Below, one piece after another: positions 11,267 to 20,408 of a DNA stretch of 35,020 nucleotides. The stretch's first letter is position 1, and each line of letters starts with the position of its first letter. Under the pieces are notes generated by a model that was not told the DNA's origin, searched no databases, and saw nothing but the letters and a program-made list of their open reading frames with translations. This DNA comes from Gammaproteobacteria bacterium. Its GTDB lineage: Bacteria > Pseudomonadota > Gammaproteobacteria > Magnimaribacterales > TMED112. The stretch lies in assembly GCA_002692425.1 (NCBI GenBank), contig NZKB01000017.1, positions 1-35,020 on the forward strand, read 5' to 3'. The translations under genes were made by a program, and so were the position numbers.

Positions 11267-11648
11267 TGAGCAGTATTTGTGTTTGAGCTAAATTTTTCGT
11301 CTCTGACAGTAAAACTTTCTCCACAACCACAAACAGCACTAGCATTTGGATTTATAAATTTTACGCCTTGATTTAGACCCTCAATCGTGTAATCAACCTG
11401 GCTTCCTTTAATAATTTCCAAAGAGTCAGATGGTATAAAGAACTCTAAATCATCTATGGTAATTTTATGATCAGATTTATTTGCTCTGCTTGTAAATTCA
11501 AAAAATATGAATAGCCATTACAGCCCATCTTTTTTACACCAAGTTTCACTTTATTCTCTTTTCCTTGCATAGAGATCATATGTTTGAAATGCGCTAATGC
11601 TTTTGTCGTGAAATTTAAAGGCTCAGGTTTATGCTTTTTTGGATTCAT
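11254..11648 (-). CDS. iscA: A-type Fe-S carrier IscA, split by a -1 frameshift at a T6 run (11500-11505)
   Basis: First frame: ...LNFTTKALAHF...KLGVKKMGCNGYSYF. Shifted frame from 11499: EFTSRANKSDHKITIDDLEFFIPSDSLEIIKGSQVDYTIEGLNQGVKFINPNASAVCGCGESFTV...; all three A-type carrier cysteines present. Confidence 0.9.
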
Positions 11649-12024
11649 AATCCGCTATGGCTTTCTTAATGCTATCTTCTGCTAAAACACTACAATGTAT
11701 CTTGATAGATGGTAGTTCTAATATTTCTGCAATTTCTCTATCCTTAATATTTTTGGCTTCTTCCAAAGTTTTTCCGATAAGCATTTCAATCATTTGTTGG
11801 CTTGATGCAATTGCAGATCCACATCCATAAGTTTTGAATTTGCAGTCAGTTATAACTTCTTTGTCATTTACTTCGATTTGAAGCCTCATCACATCGCCAC
11901 ACGCTGGTGCCCCAACCATACCTGTTCCAACATTTTTAGCTTGGGCGTCCATTCTCCCAACATTGTGAGCTTGTGGATTATTTAATGTTTCTTCAAACTT
12001 TTGTATAACTTTTCTAGAGTACAT
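11629..12024 (-). CDS. iscU: Fe-S cluster scaffold IscU
   Basis: GAPACGDVM, FKTYGCGSAIASS, KIHCSVLAED. Confidence 0.96.
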   Translation of the reverse strand: MYSRKVIQKFEETLNNPQAHNVGRMDAQAKNVGTGMVGAPACGDVMRLQIEVNDKEVITDCKFKTYGCGSAIASSQQMIEMLIGKTLEEAKNIKDREIAEILELPSIKIHCSVLAEDSIKKAIADYESKKA

Positions 12025-12030
12025 AATTTA

Positions 12031-13248
12031 TTAGTGGGTTACCCATTCAACTTTTTCAAGATCTACACCATCTTTGAACATATCCCAAAGTGGTGAAAGT
12101 TCTCTTAATTGATGAACAACTCTTTTAGTTGTTTCGGCGACCATTTTAACTTCTTTTTCAGTCGTAAATCTACCAAATGAGAATCTAATTGAACTGTGAG
12201 CTAATTCATCTGCGCGACCCAGTGCTCTTAAAACATATGAAGGTTCTAGGCTTGCAGATGTACATGCAGAACCAGATGAAACAGCCACATCTTTCAGTGC
12301 CATGATCAATGATTCGCCTTCAATGTATGCAAAGCTGATGTTTGTAATATTTGGAATTTTATTCTTAAAGCTACCATTTAGATAGATTTCTTCTATACCC
12401 GAAACTTCCTTCCAGAATAAATCAGCTAATTTTGCGATTTTCTTGTTATCTTTGTCCATTTCATCTGCCGCAATGCGAAATGCTTCGCCCATTCCAACAA
12501 TTTGATGAGTCGGTAATGTACCTGATCTGAAACCTCTTTCATGTCCACCACCATGAATGAGTGCTTCAAGCCTAACTCTAGGTTTTCTACTAACATACAA
12601 GGCTCCAATTCCCTTTGGACCATAAGTTTTGTGCCCAGAAAATGACATTAAGTCTACATCTAGCTTCGATAAATCGATTGGCAATTTTCCAGTGCTTTGT
12701 GCCGCATCAACGTGAAAAATAATATTATTTTCTCTTGTAAATTTACCAATCTCTTCAATATCATTTACTGCACCTAATTCGTTGTTGATGTGCATAATTG
12801 AGATAAGTATTGTTGTGTCTTTTACGTGTTTCTTAATGTTCTCCAGAGAAACTACTCCATTTTCATCTGGGTCTAAATAAGTAATCTCAAAACCCTCTCT
12901 TTCCAGCTGACGACATGGATCTAATACTGCTTTATGTTCAATTTTTGAGGTAATGATGTGGTTGCCTCTATCCTTATAAAATCTTGCCGCACCTTTAATT
13001 GCTAAGTTATCTGATTCGGTTGCACCTGAAGTCCAGACTATTTCTCGAGAATCAGCTTTCACGAGGTTAGCTACGTGGAGTCTGGCCTTTTCGACAGCTT
13101 CATCAGCTTTCCATCCAAATTCATGCGATCTTGATGCAGGATTACCAAAATTGCCGTCCAATAAAAGGCACTCATGCATTTTTTCTGCAACCCTTTGGTC
13201 TACCGGCGTTGTAGACGCATAGTCAAAATATACTAGATTACTTTTCAT
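12031..13248 (-). CDS. iscS: Cysteine desulfurase IscS
   Basis: [19 protein letters not shown] (PLP Lys), SSGSACTS catalytic Cys, SPLWDM C-terminus. Confidence 0.98.
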   Translation of the reverse strand: MKSNLVYFDYASTTPVDQRVAEKMHECLLLDGNFGNPASRSHEFGWKADEAVEKARLHVANLVKADSREIVWTSGATESDNLAIKGAARFYKDRGNHIITSKIEHKAVLDPCRQLEREGFEITYLDPDENGVVSLENIKKHVKDTTILISIMHINNELGAVNDIEEIGKFTRENNIIFHVDAAQSTGKLPIDLSKLDVDLMSFSGHKTYGPKGIGALYVSRKPRVRLEALIHGGGHERGFRSGTLPTHQIVGMGEAFRIAADEMDKDNKKIAKLADLFWKEVSGIEEIYLNGSFKNKIPNITNISFAYIEGESLIMALKDVAVSSGSACTSASLEPSYVLRALGRADELAHSSIRFSFGRFTTEKEVKMVAETTKRVVHQLRELSPLWDMFKDGVDLEKVEWVTH

Positions 13249-13254
13249 AATTTA

Positions 13255-13260
13255 ATTATA
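13255..13260 (-). promoter_or_regulatory. Consensus -10 box 6 nt upstream of the iscS ATG
   Basis: Minus strand reads TATAAT-TAAATT-ATG; no SD sequence. Confidence 0.55.
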
Positions 13261-13287
13261 AGTTAATGTAGGGCCTTAGACTAATAT

Positions 13288-14001
13288 TTAAATACTTATT
13301 CCAAGCTTATGGGCTACAATTTGATAAGATTCGACGACATCACCTAAATCTTTTCTAAATCTATCTTTATCAAGGCTTTCGCCTGTTTCTCTATCCCAAA
13401 TCCTACATCCATCAGGTGTGAATTCATCACCAAGAACGATTTGTCCGTCTTTTCTTCCAAACTCTACTTTATAATCCACTAGAATAAGATCAACATCTGA
13501 AAATATCTGACAAAGAAGTTTATTAATAATCAGTGTTTTATCTTTCATGATCGCTATTTCTTCTTCTGAACCCCAATTAAATGCGATTATATGATTATCA
13601 TTTATTAAGGGATCGCCCAAGTCATCATCTTTTAGAAAAAATTCAAAAAGCGGATTTTCAAACTTTAAGCCTTGTTTAACCCCCAATCTTCTACATATTG
13701 AGCCAGTGGCAATATTTCTTACAACACACTCGACTGGCAACATATCAAGCTTGTGAACCAAACTCTCATTATCTGTGACGGTATCAATGTAATGTGTATT
13801 AATCCCATTTTCATCAAGATACTTCATAATGTGAGCATTAAATTTGTTATTAATTTCGCCCTTACCTTTTAAAGCTTCTTTCTTTTTTCCATCAAAGGCT
13901 GACGTATCATCTCGATAGACCATTAAAAGTTCATTTTGATTTTTGGTCTCATACAAGGATTTTGCTTTTCCTTCAGATATTAAGTTTCCTTTTTCAATCA
14001 T
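13288..14001 (-). CDS. purC: SAICAR synthetase
   Basis: EGKAKSLY, ECVVRNIATGS, LVDYKVEFG, DEFTPDGCRIWD, DKDRFR. Confidence 0.98.
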   Translation of the reverse strand: MIEKGNLISEGKAKSLYETKNQNELLMVYRDDTSAFDGKKKEALKGKGEINNKFNAHIMKYLDENGINTHYIDTVTDNESLVHKLDMLPVECVVRNIATGSICRRLGVKQGLKFENPLFEFFLKDDDLGDPLINDNHIIAFNWGSEEEIAIMKDKTLIINKLLCQIFSDVDLILVDYKVEFGRKDGQIVLGDEFTPDGCRIWDRETGESLDKDRFRKDLGDVVESYQIVAHKLGISI

Positions 14002-14966
14002 GACAATGACTCATTAATTATATCCACTAACTCATCAACAGAAAATTCGGTATTAGAAAGTTTTTTAAATTCCAAAATTGTGTTTTCCTCAGACTCAGAA
14101 AAAATTAATTCATAGTCTGCTTCAACCTGATCAGCAGTGCTTACGTTAAATAAGCCAGTAAAGAAATTTTCTTCCTCAGCTGCAAGTTTTATTTGAATAT
14201 ACTTGAGCTCTCTATTTCTATCCACAACCTCTAAATCTGCTTTATCAACTGCTCTTGATAATGCAGACCAAGTCCTATCAAATGGAAGTTTAAATTCAAT
14301 TCCAATTTCTTTTTTAACATAAACAATACGCGCCTTTTTATTTAAATTTAGACCTTGTGCAGCTATTGAATTTCCTTCATAACCAGGTAAGTTTAAAGAC
14401 ATATAAGATGCAAGATCTTCAAAGTATGGAAGCTCTAAACTGGCATTGTCTTCGTTCAATAAATAAATTTCAGAACTATTATTTTTAATACCATGCTCAA
14501 GAGTCAGGTAAAGTTTTTCATTTTTTTCAGCTATTATTTTCCCCAAAGATGGGTCATCATCAACTAAATCGTATTCCTCTTCTGCAAAAAAATCTTTAAT
14601 CAAAGGCCATGATTTAGATGGCAAAGCTTCAACATAAATCCAGTAAATTTCTCCCAATCTTCTTACTTCCACACTTTCAGATCCTGTTGATGAGAATATT
14701 TTTTTTGGTCTTGGCATTTCACCTTCTTTAATGAAGCTTGGCGTTTTAGGAGGATAAGGAAATTCATCTAATACTTCTAGTGATTCAAACTCACCGTTTG
14801 TTTCAAGCTCTTGTCCTTCTTCATCATATCTTTCGTTAGGATTTTCTCTTTTTTCAAGCAAACAGCCATTTTCTGGACAATATGGTTTTCTGCTCTCAGG
14901 TATTGTGCAATTTTGAAGCACAAAAACAGAAATTAAAATTATGCTAAATATTTTTGAATACTTCAT
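13998..14966 (-). CDS. bamC: BamC/NlpB-family lipoprotein (divergent)
   Basis: Signal peptide ending in Cys; two W-containing helix-grip-like repeats (WPLIKDFF; FDRTWSAL...VVDRNR); syntenic dapA-nlpB-purC. Confidence 0.8.
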   Translation of the reverse strand: MKYSKIFSIILISVFVLQNCTIPESRKPYCPENGCLLEKRENPNERYDEEGQELETNGEFESLEVLDEFPYPPKTPSFIKEGEMPRPKKIFSSTGSESVEVRRLGEIYWIYVEALPSKSWPLIKDFFAEEEYDLVDDDPSLGKIIAEKNEKLYLTLEHGIKNNSSEIYLLNEDNASLELPYFEDLASYMSLNLPGYEGNSIAAQGLNLNKKARIVYVKKEIGIEFKLPFDRTWSALSRAVDKADLEVVDRNRELKYIQIKLAAEEENFFTGLFNVSTADQVEADYELIFSESEENTILEFKKLSNTEFSVDELVDIINESLS

Positions 14967-15804
14967 ATATTTTTTCCCTGTATTCTACGGACAGTGGATG
15001 TAATGGTAATCTTAGATTATTCTCTAGTAGTGACATTTTTTCAAGTAAGTATTTACATGGACTTGGACTAGCCTCAATAAATAAAAGTTTAAAAATTTCT
15101 TGATAGTTCTTAATAATTTTTTCAGCTTTACCGAAATCACCAGCTAGACAAATATCTGAAAGCTCTTTTATTTCCTTAGGCATTACGTTTGCTGCGACTG
15201 AAATTACTCCATCTCCTTTGTATTTCATAAACTTAACAAGACTTGGATCGTCTCCAGAATATAATTTAAAGTCATGTCTTTTGTCTTTTAATCTTTTTAA
15301 TGCCAAAAATCGTTGCTCTGTATCAACTGCCTCTTTAATTCCTGTAACTTTTTCAATTTCTAATAACTTTTCTATTGTAGCAGGCAGTAGATCGACACCA
15401 GTTCTGCCTGGTACGTTATATAAAGTTATATTTGCACCTACTTTTGAAAGTTCTTTGTAATGGAGCTCCAATCCAATTTGAGACGGTTTATTGTAGTAAG
15501 GTGTTACTGCCAAGCATTCGTTAATATTGTTTTTAAGAGCACACTCAATTAATTGAATTGCAACAGCTGTTGCAGAGCTACCCACGCCTGCCATTAAAGG
15601 AATATCAGTTTTTGAATTAGCAAATGCAAAAATCTCTGCTCTTTCATCTTTATTTAAAGTTGCTGACTCTCCTGTTGTTCCAACTAATACTATTCCGTCC
15701 GTCCGTGCATCTGCATGAAAACTTAAAAGTTTTTCGAATGCTGCAAAATCAATATCGCCATTTTTTAACATGGGCGTCACAATTGCTACTATACTTCCTT
15801 TCAA
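14944..15804 (-). CDS. dapA: 4-hydroxy-tetrahydrodipicolinate synthase
   Basis: GSIVAIVTP, GTTGES, TPYYNKP, YNVPGRTG, GIKEA, SGDD; TTG start preceded by AGGAAAG. Confidence 0.97.
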   Translation of the reverse strand: MKGSIVAIVTPMLKNGDIDFAAFEKLLSFHADARTDGIVLVGTTGESATLNKDERAEIFAFANSKTDIPLMAGVGSSATAVAIQLIECALKNNINECLAVTPYYNKPSQIGLELHYKELSKVGANITLYNVPGRTGVDLLPATIEKLLEIEKVTGIKEAVDTEQRFLALKRLKDKRHDFKLYSGDDPSLVKFMKYKGDGVISVAANVMPKEIKELSDICLAGDFGKAEKIIKNYQEIFKLLFIEASPSPCKYLLEKMSLLENNLRLPLHPLSVEYREKIYEVFKNI

Positions 15805-15817
15805 ATTTTTTCTTTCC

Positions 15818-15823
15818 TATAAT
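15818..15823 (+). promoter_or_regulatory. Consensus -10 box 6 nt upstream of the bcp ATG
   Basis: TATAAT-CTAAAC-ATG in the 25-bp dapA/bcp divergent gap. Confidence 0.55.
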
Positions 15824-15829
15824 CTAAAC

Positions 15830-16288
15830 ATGAATGATAAATCAAAAGCCCCAAATTTTTTAGGCCTGATTGATGAAAACAATCATATCGGTCTTGGCGA
15901 TTATAAAGGAAGTTTCTTAGTTATCTATTTCTATCCTAAAGACAAAACATCTGGATGTACTTTAGAAAGTCAAGACTTCAGAGATTATAAGAAAAAATTT
16001 GCAAATAAAAATTGCAAAATTATTGGAGTTTCAAGAGATTCAATAAAGTCACATTTAAGCTTCGTTGAAAAAGAATCGCTCAATTTTCCATTAATTTCTG
16101 ATCCTGACGAAATAATGTGCAATGCTTATGGTGTTATGAAAGAAAAATCAATGTATGGCAGGAAATATATGGGTATTGAAAGGAGCACTTTCATTATTGA
16201 CCCAGATGGAAAACTAATTAAAGAATGGCGCGGTGTGAAAGTTCCTGGACATGTTGAGGAAGTTTACAATTTTATTTGTGAACTTTAG
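15830..16288 (+). CDS. bcp: Peroxiredoxin BCP/PrxQ
   Basis: YFYPKDKTSGCT, GIERSTFIID, VKVPGH. ATG at 15830 chosen because the longer ORF overlaps dapA. Confidence 0.95.
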   Translation: MNDKSKAPNFLGLIDENNHIGLGDYKGSFLVIYFYPKDKTSGCTLESQDFRDYKKKFANKNCKIIGVSRDSIKSHLSFVEKESLNFPLISDPDEIMCNAYGVMKEKSMYGRKYMGIERSTFIIDPDGKLIKEWRGVKVPGHVEEVYNFICEL

Positions 16289-17307
16289 GAATCAACATAC
16301 TTCCAGTTATCTAGAAGTGATTTTATAAAGCTTGCAATTGGTACAGCAAAGAAGACACCCCATATTCCAAAAATAGCGCCAAAAAGAAAGACAGAAAGTA
16401 GAACAACTACAGCAGGTAATTTCACAACTCCAGACATCAGAAATGGTAGGAATATGTTGCCATCAATATTTTGTAACAGCGCATAAAATAGCAATATCAC
16501 AATTACATAAGGATCGAGACCAAATTGAGCGAAACTAACTATAAGTACTGGGAATGTCATAAATACAGGGCCGAAAAAAGGTATAAGTTGGCTCAGCCCA
16601 AAAGAAATTCCTAAAAGAACAGGGCTATTTAAGCCCAGTGCCCAAAACATAAGACTTCCGGTAACTGCAACAACGAAAACTTCAATAAATTTAGCTTTAA
16701 AATAATTTTGAAAATTTGTATTTGTCTCATTCCAAACTCTAACTAAAAATTTTCTTTTCTTTGGAACTAATTTAGAAAAACCTGAAGATAAAGTATCTGT
16801 ATCCCACAACCAAAAAAATAAAAAAATTGGCACCAATATTATGCTTAAAAATAGATTTGCTGTATCTTGCAAGCGAGAGATGCCAAATGATACGGCGTCA
16901 CTTGCAAAACCAGTAATTTCACTTAAAAAACTTTGTGCGCCTTCAATAGACTCATTGGGAGCATTTATTTCTCCTAATAAATCTGTAATTGGTTCAGCAA
17001 TAACCGCTAAACTTGGTAATTCGCTAAGGTATCTGTCTGCCTCGTTGATAAATAAAGGTATAAAAATAAGAAGGAATAAAGTAGCCAATGAAACAGCAGT
17101 AAAAAAAGTGATAAAAACACTTAATTTTTCTGGAATGCCTATTTTTGTAAAATAGACTTGCATTGGTCTAAACAATAAAGCTAAGACAATGCTAGTCAAG
17201 ATTGGGGTGGAAAGATCTCCAACAACCCATAATGAAAAGAAACCACCTAATAAAACCATGGCCATAAACATGAATTGTTGATTTTTTATTAAATTAATTA
17301 ATTTCAT
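16285..17307 (-). CDS. AI-2E family transporter (PerM-like)
   Basis: Multi-TM protein with LIPFFGP, QNIDGNIFLP, FGIWGVFFAVP; between bepA and bcp. Confidence 0.9.
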   Translation of the reverse strand: MKLINLIKNQQFMFMAMVLLGGFFSLWVVGDLSTPILTSIVLALLFRPMQVYFTKIGIPEKLSVFITFFTAVSLATLFLLIFIPLFINEADRYLSELPSLAVIAEPITDLLGEINAPNESIEGAQSFLSEITGFASDAVSFGISRLQDTANLFLSIILVPIFLFFWLWDTDTLSSGFSKLVPKKRKFLVRVWNETNTNFQNYFKAKFIEVFVVAVTGSLMFWALGLNSPVLLGISFGLSQLIPFFGPVFMTFPVLIVSFAQFGLDPYVIVILLFYALLQNIDGNIFLPFLMSGVVKLPAVVVLLSVFLFGAIFGIWGVFFAVPIASFIKSLLDNWKYVDS

Positions 17308-17360
17308 TTTTTATTGAATCTTCTTATAAAATACCTATCAAATAATTATAGTTAAAACTA

Positions 17361-18779
17361 ATGATTAAAAAAACCATCCTAACATTAATGCTGAGTTTGA
17401 TGGCTACGCATATTCATGGACAAGAAAGTAGTATTGAATTGCCCTTAATAGGCGACAGATTAAGTGGAGCAGTTTCACAAACAGAAGAAGAAGCCTTAGG
17501 TAGACAATTTTTAAGAGACTTAAAAAGAGAGACCGCTATTCTTTATGATCCTATTATTCAAGAATGGACAGAATTATTTATTTATAAAATTGGAGAACAA
17601 AGCAAAGTCAATAAAAAGGCATTTGAGTTATTGATTATTGAAGATAATTCTTTAAACGCTTTTGCAGCACCTGGTGGAATAATAGGTGTTAATGCAGGGC
17701 TTTTTAAGTACTCCGATAATGAGGCCCAATTTGCATCTGTTATTGCTCACGAACTAGCACACATAAGCCAGAGACATTTTGCTCGACAAATCCTTGAGGG
17801 TAGCGACAGAAGCAACCAAAGCCTTGCTACTGTTTTAGCTTCAATAGTTGTTGCTGTTGCTACAAATAGTCCTGCTGCAGTAATCGGAGGTCAAGGATTA
17901 CTTATGGCTCAACAACTAAGATTTTCAAGACTTTATGAGACTGAAGCAGATCGTGAGGGTTATGTAACATTACAAAAAGCAGGATATGACACTATCCAGA
18001 TGTCTGAAATGTTTAAAAATATGCAAGAAGTAAGAAGATTATCTGGGGATAACATCCCCGAATTTCTCCTTACCCACCCCATTACAACGAGAAGAATTAC
18101 AGAATCTAGAGAAAGGGCACGAGAATATCCGAGCCCAGGGACAGTTGACAGTTTTAACTTTCGATTAATCAAAAAAAGAGTTGAATTTTTGATGACAGAT
18201 AATCTTTCTATTAGATCAATGGAAAAAGAAATTGGTAATGAAGATGAGGACATCTATCTAAAAGCTTTGCTTGAGAAGAGAAAATTAAACTTCACAAGGT
18301 CCATAGAATTATTGAAAAATCTTGAAGAGAAACATCCAGATAATTTAATTATTAAAACTAGTATTGCAGAAGTTTACACAGAATCAGGAAATATAAGGAA
18401 AAGCAAAGACTATACAAATGAACTTTTAGCGATATCACTTGGTAACTATCCTTTAAGCTATAACTTAGCAAATGCCCACATATTGGAGGAAAATTACGTT
18501 GCAGCTGAACAACTTCTAGAAGATATTAAGTTTTACAGACCGGTAGACATAAATTTACTAAAAGACCTAAGTCAGGTGCAAAAAAATAGTAACAATATGT
18601 TGGGATATCATCTGACCAATAGTGAATTTCTTTTTTATTCAGGGCGATATGAAGATGCTTTAAGAGATTTACAGGAAGCTAGAAGAATTGCAAGAAATAA
18701 TTTTAAAATTCGAGAGATTATTACAGAAAGGATTCTAATTCTTCAGTCATATGTGCAGCCAGCCAGAAGGCGATCTTAA
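17361..18779 (+). CDS. bepA: M48 metalloprotease/chaperone BepA (YfgC)
   Basis: Signal peptide, NAFAAPGG, HELAH zinc motif, E.EADR, FLLTHP, C-terminal TPR region. Confidence 0.92.
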   Translation: MIKKTILTLMLSLMATHIHGQESSIELPLIGDRLSGAVSQTEEEALGRQFLRDLKRETAILYDPIIQEWTELFIYKIGEQSKVNKKAFELLIIEDNSLNAFAAPGGIIGVNAGLFKYSDNEAQFASVIAHELAHISQRHFARQILEGSDRSNQSLATVLASIVVAVATNSPAAVIGGQGLLMAQQLRFSRLYETEADREGYVTLQKAGYDTIQMSEMFKNMQEVRRLSGDNIPEFLLTHPITTRRITESRERAREYPSPGTVDSFNFRLIKKRVEFLMTDNLSIRSMEKEIGNEDEDIYLKALLEKRKLNFTRSIELLKNLEEKHPDNLIIKTSIAEVYTESGNIRKSKDYTNELLAISLGNYPLSYNLANAHILEENYVAAEQLLEDIKFYRPVDINLLKDLSQVQKNSNNMLGYHLTNSEFLFYSGRYEDALRDLQEARRIARNNFKIREIITERILILQSYVQPARRRS

Positions 18780-19684
18780 ATGTTGGATAGATAAAACTCT
18801 AAAACTCTTTCAAAAACTTTTTGTCTTTTCTTTTCTTGGAATGGTTCGTGCCTCATACCTTTGAATGTTTTTAATTCCGATTTAAATCCTGATTCAATAA
18901 GTAAATTATGTATATTTTCAGCTTGTGCTCCATCATTGTTAACCTTATCTTGGTCTCCACTAATATGAAGAAAGGGAATTTTTTCATCAAAATTACTAAA
19001 GGTTGTTTTGTTCCATAGGTTATGAAATCCATCCGCAAGATCTAACCATAATTGTGTTGTATTAGGATAACCACATAATTCATCAGCAACATATTCATCT
19101 ACTTTTTGTTTATCACTAGATAAGTAATCATGCGATGTTCTGATTGGCTCAAAAAATGAATTATGTTTCAGGGTAGTAAGCTTTTCCATTTCATCACTTA
19201 TGCCCATTTTCCCTTTAATAAAATATTCAGGCATCAACAATAATTTATTTAAAGACAATATAAATCTATTTACACTAAATGCAGCACTCATTACTACACC
19301 ATCAAAGAAAATATTTCTTTTCAGTAACGATAAGAGAACACAAGTTCCTAAACTATGACTAAGAGCAAAGTGCTTGATGGTAGGGTTTTCTATCCGAATA
19401 ATTGAATTTAATTCACCCAATTGATCAACCACTGCATCATATCCATTTTCCTCTTTAAAAAAACCTTTTGGACCACCGTGGCTCACATTAAGACCATGTC
19501 CAAGATGGTCGTTACAATAAACTATAAATCGATGTTTGTTTAAAAATTTTGCTGTTTCATCATAACGAGCATGATACTCAACCAGACCATGAAAAATCTG
19601 AATAGTTGCTATGGGATTTTTTACTTTATCCCAAATTACTCCTCTTAACTTACCGTGTTTGCTGGGATATGAAAATTCTTTCAT
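18776..19684 (-). CDS. Alpha/beta hydrolase (lysophospholipase/monoglyceride lipase-like)
   Basis: FHGLVEYHARY, DHLGHG, nucleophile elbow SHSLG, SGDQD, RHE. Confidence 0.88.
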   Translation of the reverse strand: MKEFSYPSKHGKLRGVIWDKVKNPIATIQIFHGLVEYHARYDETAKFLNKHRFIVYCNDHLGHGLNVSHGGPKGFFKEENGYDAVVDQLGELNSIIRIENPTIKHFALSHSLGTCVLLSLLKRNIFFDGVVMSAAFSVNRFILSLNKLLLMPEYFIKGKMGISDEMEKLTTLKHNSFFEPIRTSHDYLSSDKQKVDEYVADELCGYPNTTQLWLDLADGFHNLWNKTTFSNFDEKIPFLHISGDQDKVNNDGAQAENIHNLLIESGFKSELKTFKGMRHEPFQEKKRQKVFERVLEFYLSNI

Positions 19685-20349
19685 TATTCAAGAATCTTAG
19701 CGTAGCTTTCAAACTCTTCTCTCTCTGTTCTAAAACTATTTACAGGATGATCTGAATCCTCATAGCCCAGTGCAATGCCACACCACAATATTTCTTCATC
19801 ACTATAGCCAACGTGTCTCTTTATAAGATTTGGAAAACCGGCCCACGCTTCTTGCAGACATGTTGCAAGACCTGCATCAACTGAAGCTAAACATATATTT
19901 TGAATAAGGTGGCCAACGTGACCCCAACCATTTGGTCCGACTGATTTATGAACAGTAACAAAAATTCCAACTGGCGCTCCAAAAAGCTCATAATTCTTTC
20001 TTGCCTGAGTGATACGTTTATCTGCATCTTCTCTACCAATGCCAACAGCTCCGTATAATGCAAATCCAGATGCCCTCTGTCTTGCTTTGTACCAATCAGG
20101 TCTTTCAGTTGGATAAACTTGATATTTTTCTTTCTCTAGTTCTCCTTTATCAAATTTTTCACATGCTTCCTTAATCAATTTATCTCTAGCGTCTCCCATA
20201 ACAATGTATATTTTCCATGGCTGAGAATTGACACCAGATGGGGCTCTTTTTGATACTTCAAGTATTTCTTTGACTAATTCCTTATCTACCTTTTTATCTA
20301 AGTAGCTTCTAACAGAATACCGTTTTGCTATTGCGTCTTTGAGTTCCAT
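19684..20349 (-). CDS. Nitroreductase family flavoprotein
   Basis: AIAKRYSVRSY, RAPSGVNSQPW, GLATC, CGIALGY; SD AAGGA and an upstream TATAAT. Confidence 0.92.
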   Translation of the reverse strand: MELKDAIAKRYSVRSYLDKKVDKELVKEILEVSKRAPSGVNSQPWKIYIVMGDARDKLIKEACEKFDKGELEKEKYQVYPTERPDWYKARQRASGFALYGAVGIGREDADKRITQARKNYELFGAPVGIFVTVHKSVGPNGWGHVGHLIQNICLASVDAGLATCLQEAWAGFPNLIKRHVGYSDEEILWCGIALGYEDSDHPVNSFRTEREEFESYAKILE

Positions 20350-20408
20350 ATGTCCTTATTTTTTGACTTAAATTATATACTCTTTCGCCTTAAAATAAGA
20401 TCCTTCTT

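Noticed and set aside
11454-11648. 64-aa ORF as a stand-alone small protein
   Set aside because: It is the N-terminal part of IscA; homology continues in the -1 frame.
15770-15829. N-terminal extensions of bcp (from 15770), pal (27845) and ispG (10336)
   Set aside because: Longest-ORF artefacts overlapping neighbours; downstream starts fit family N-termini better.
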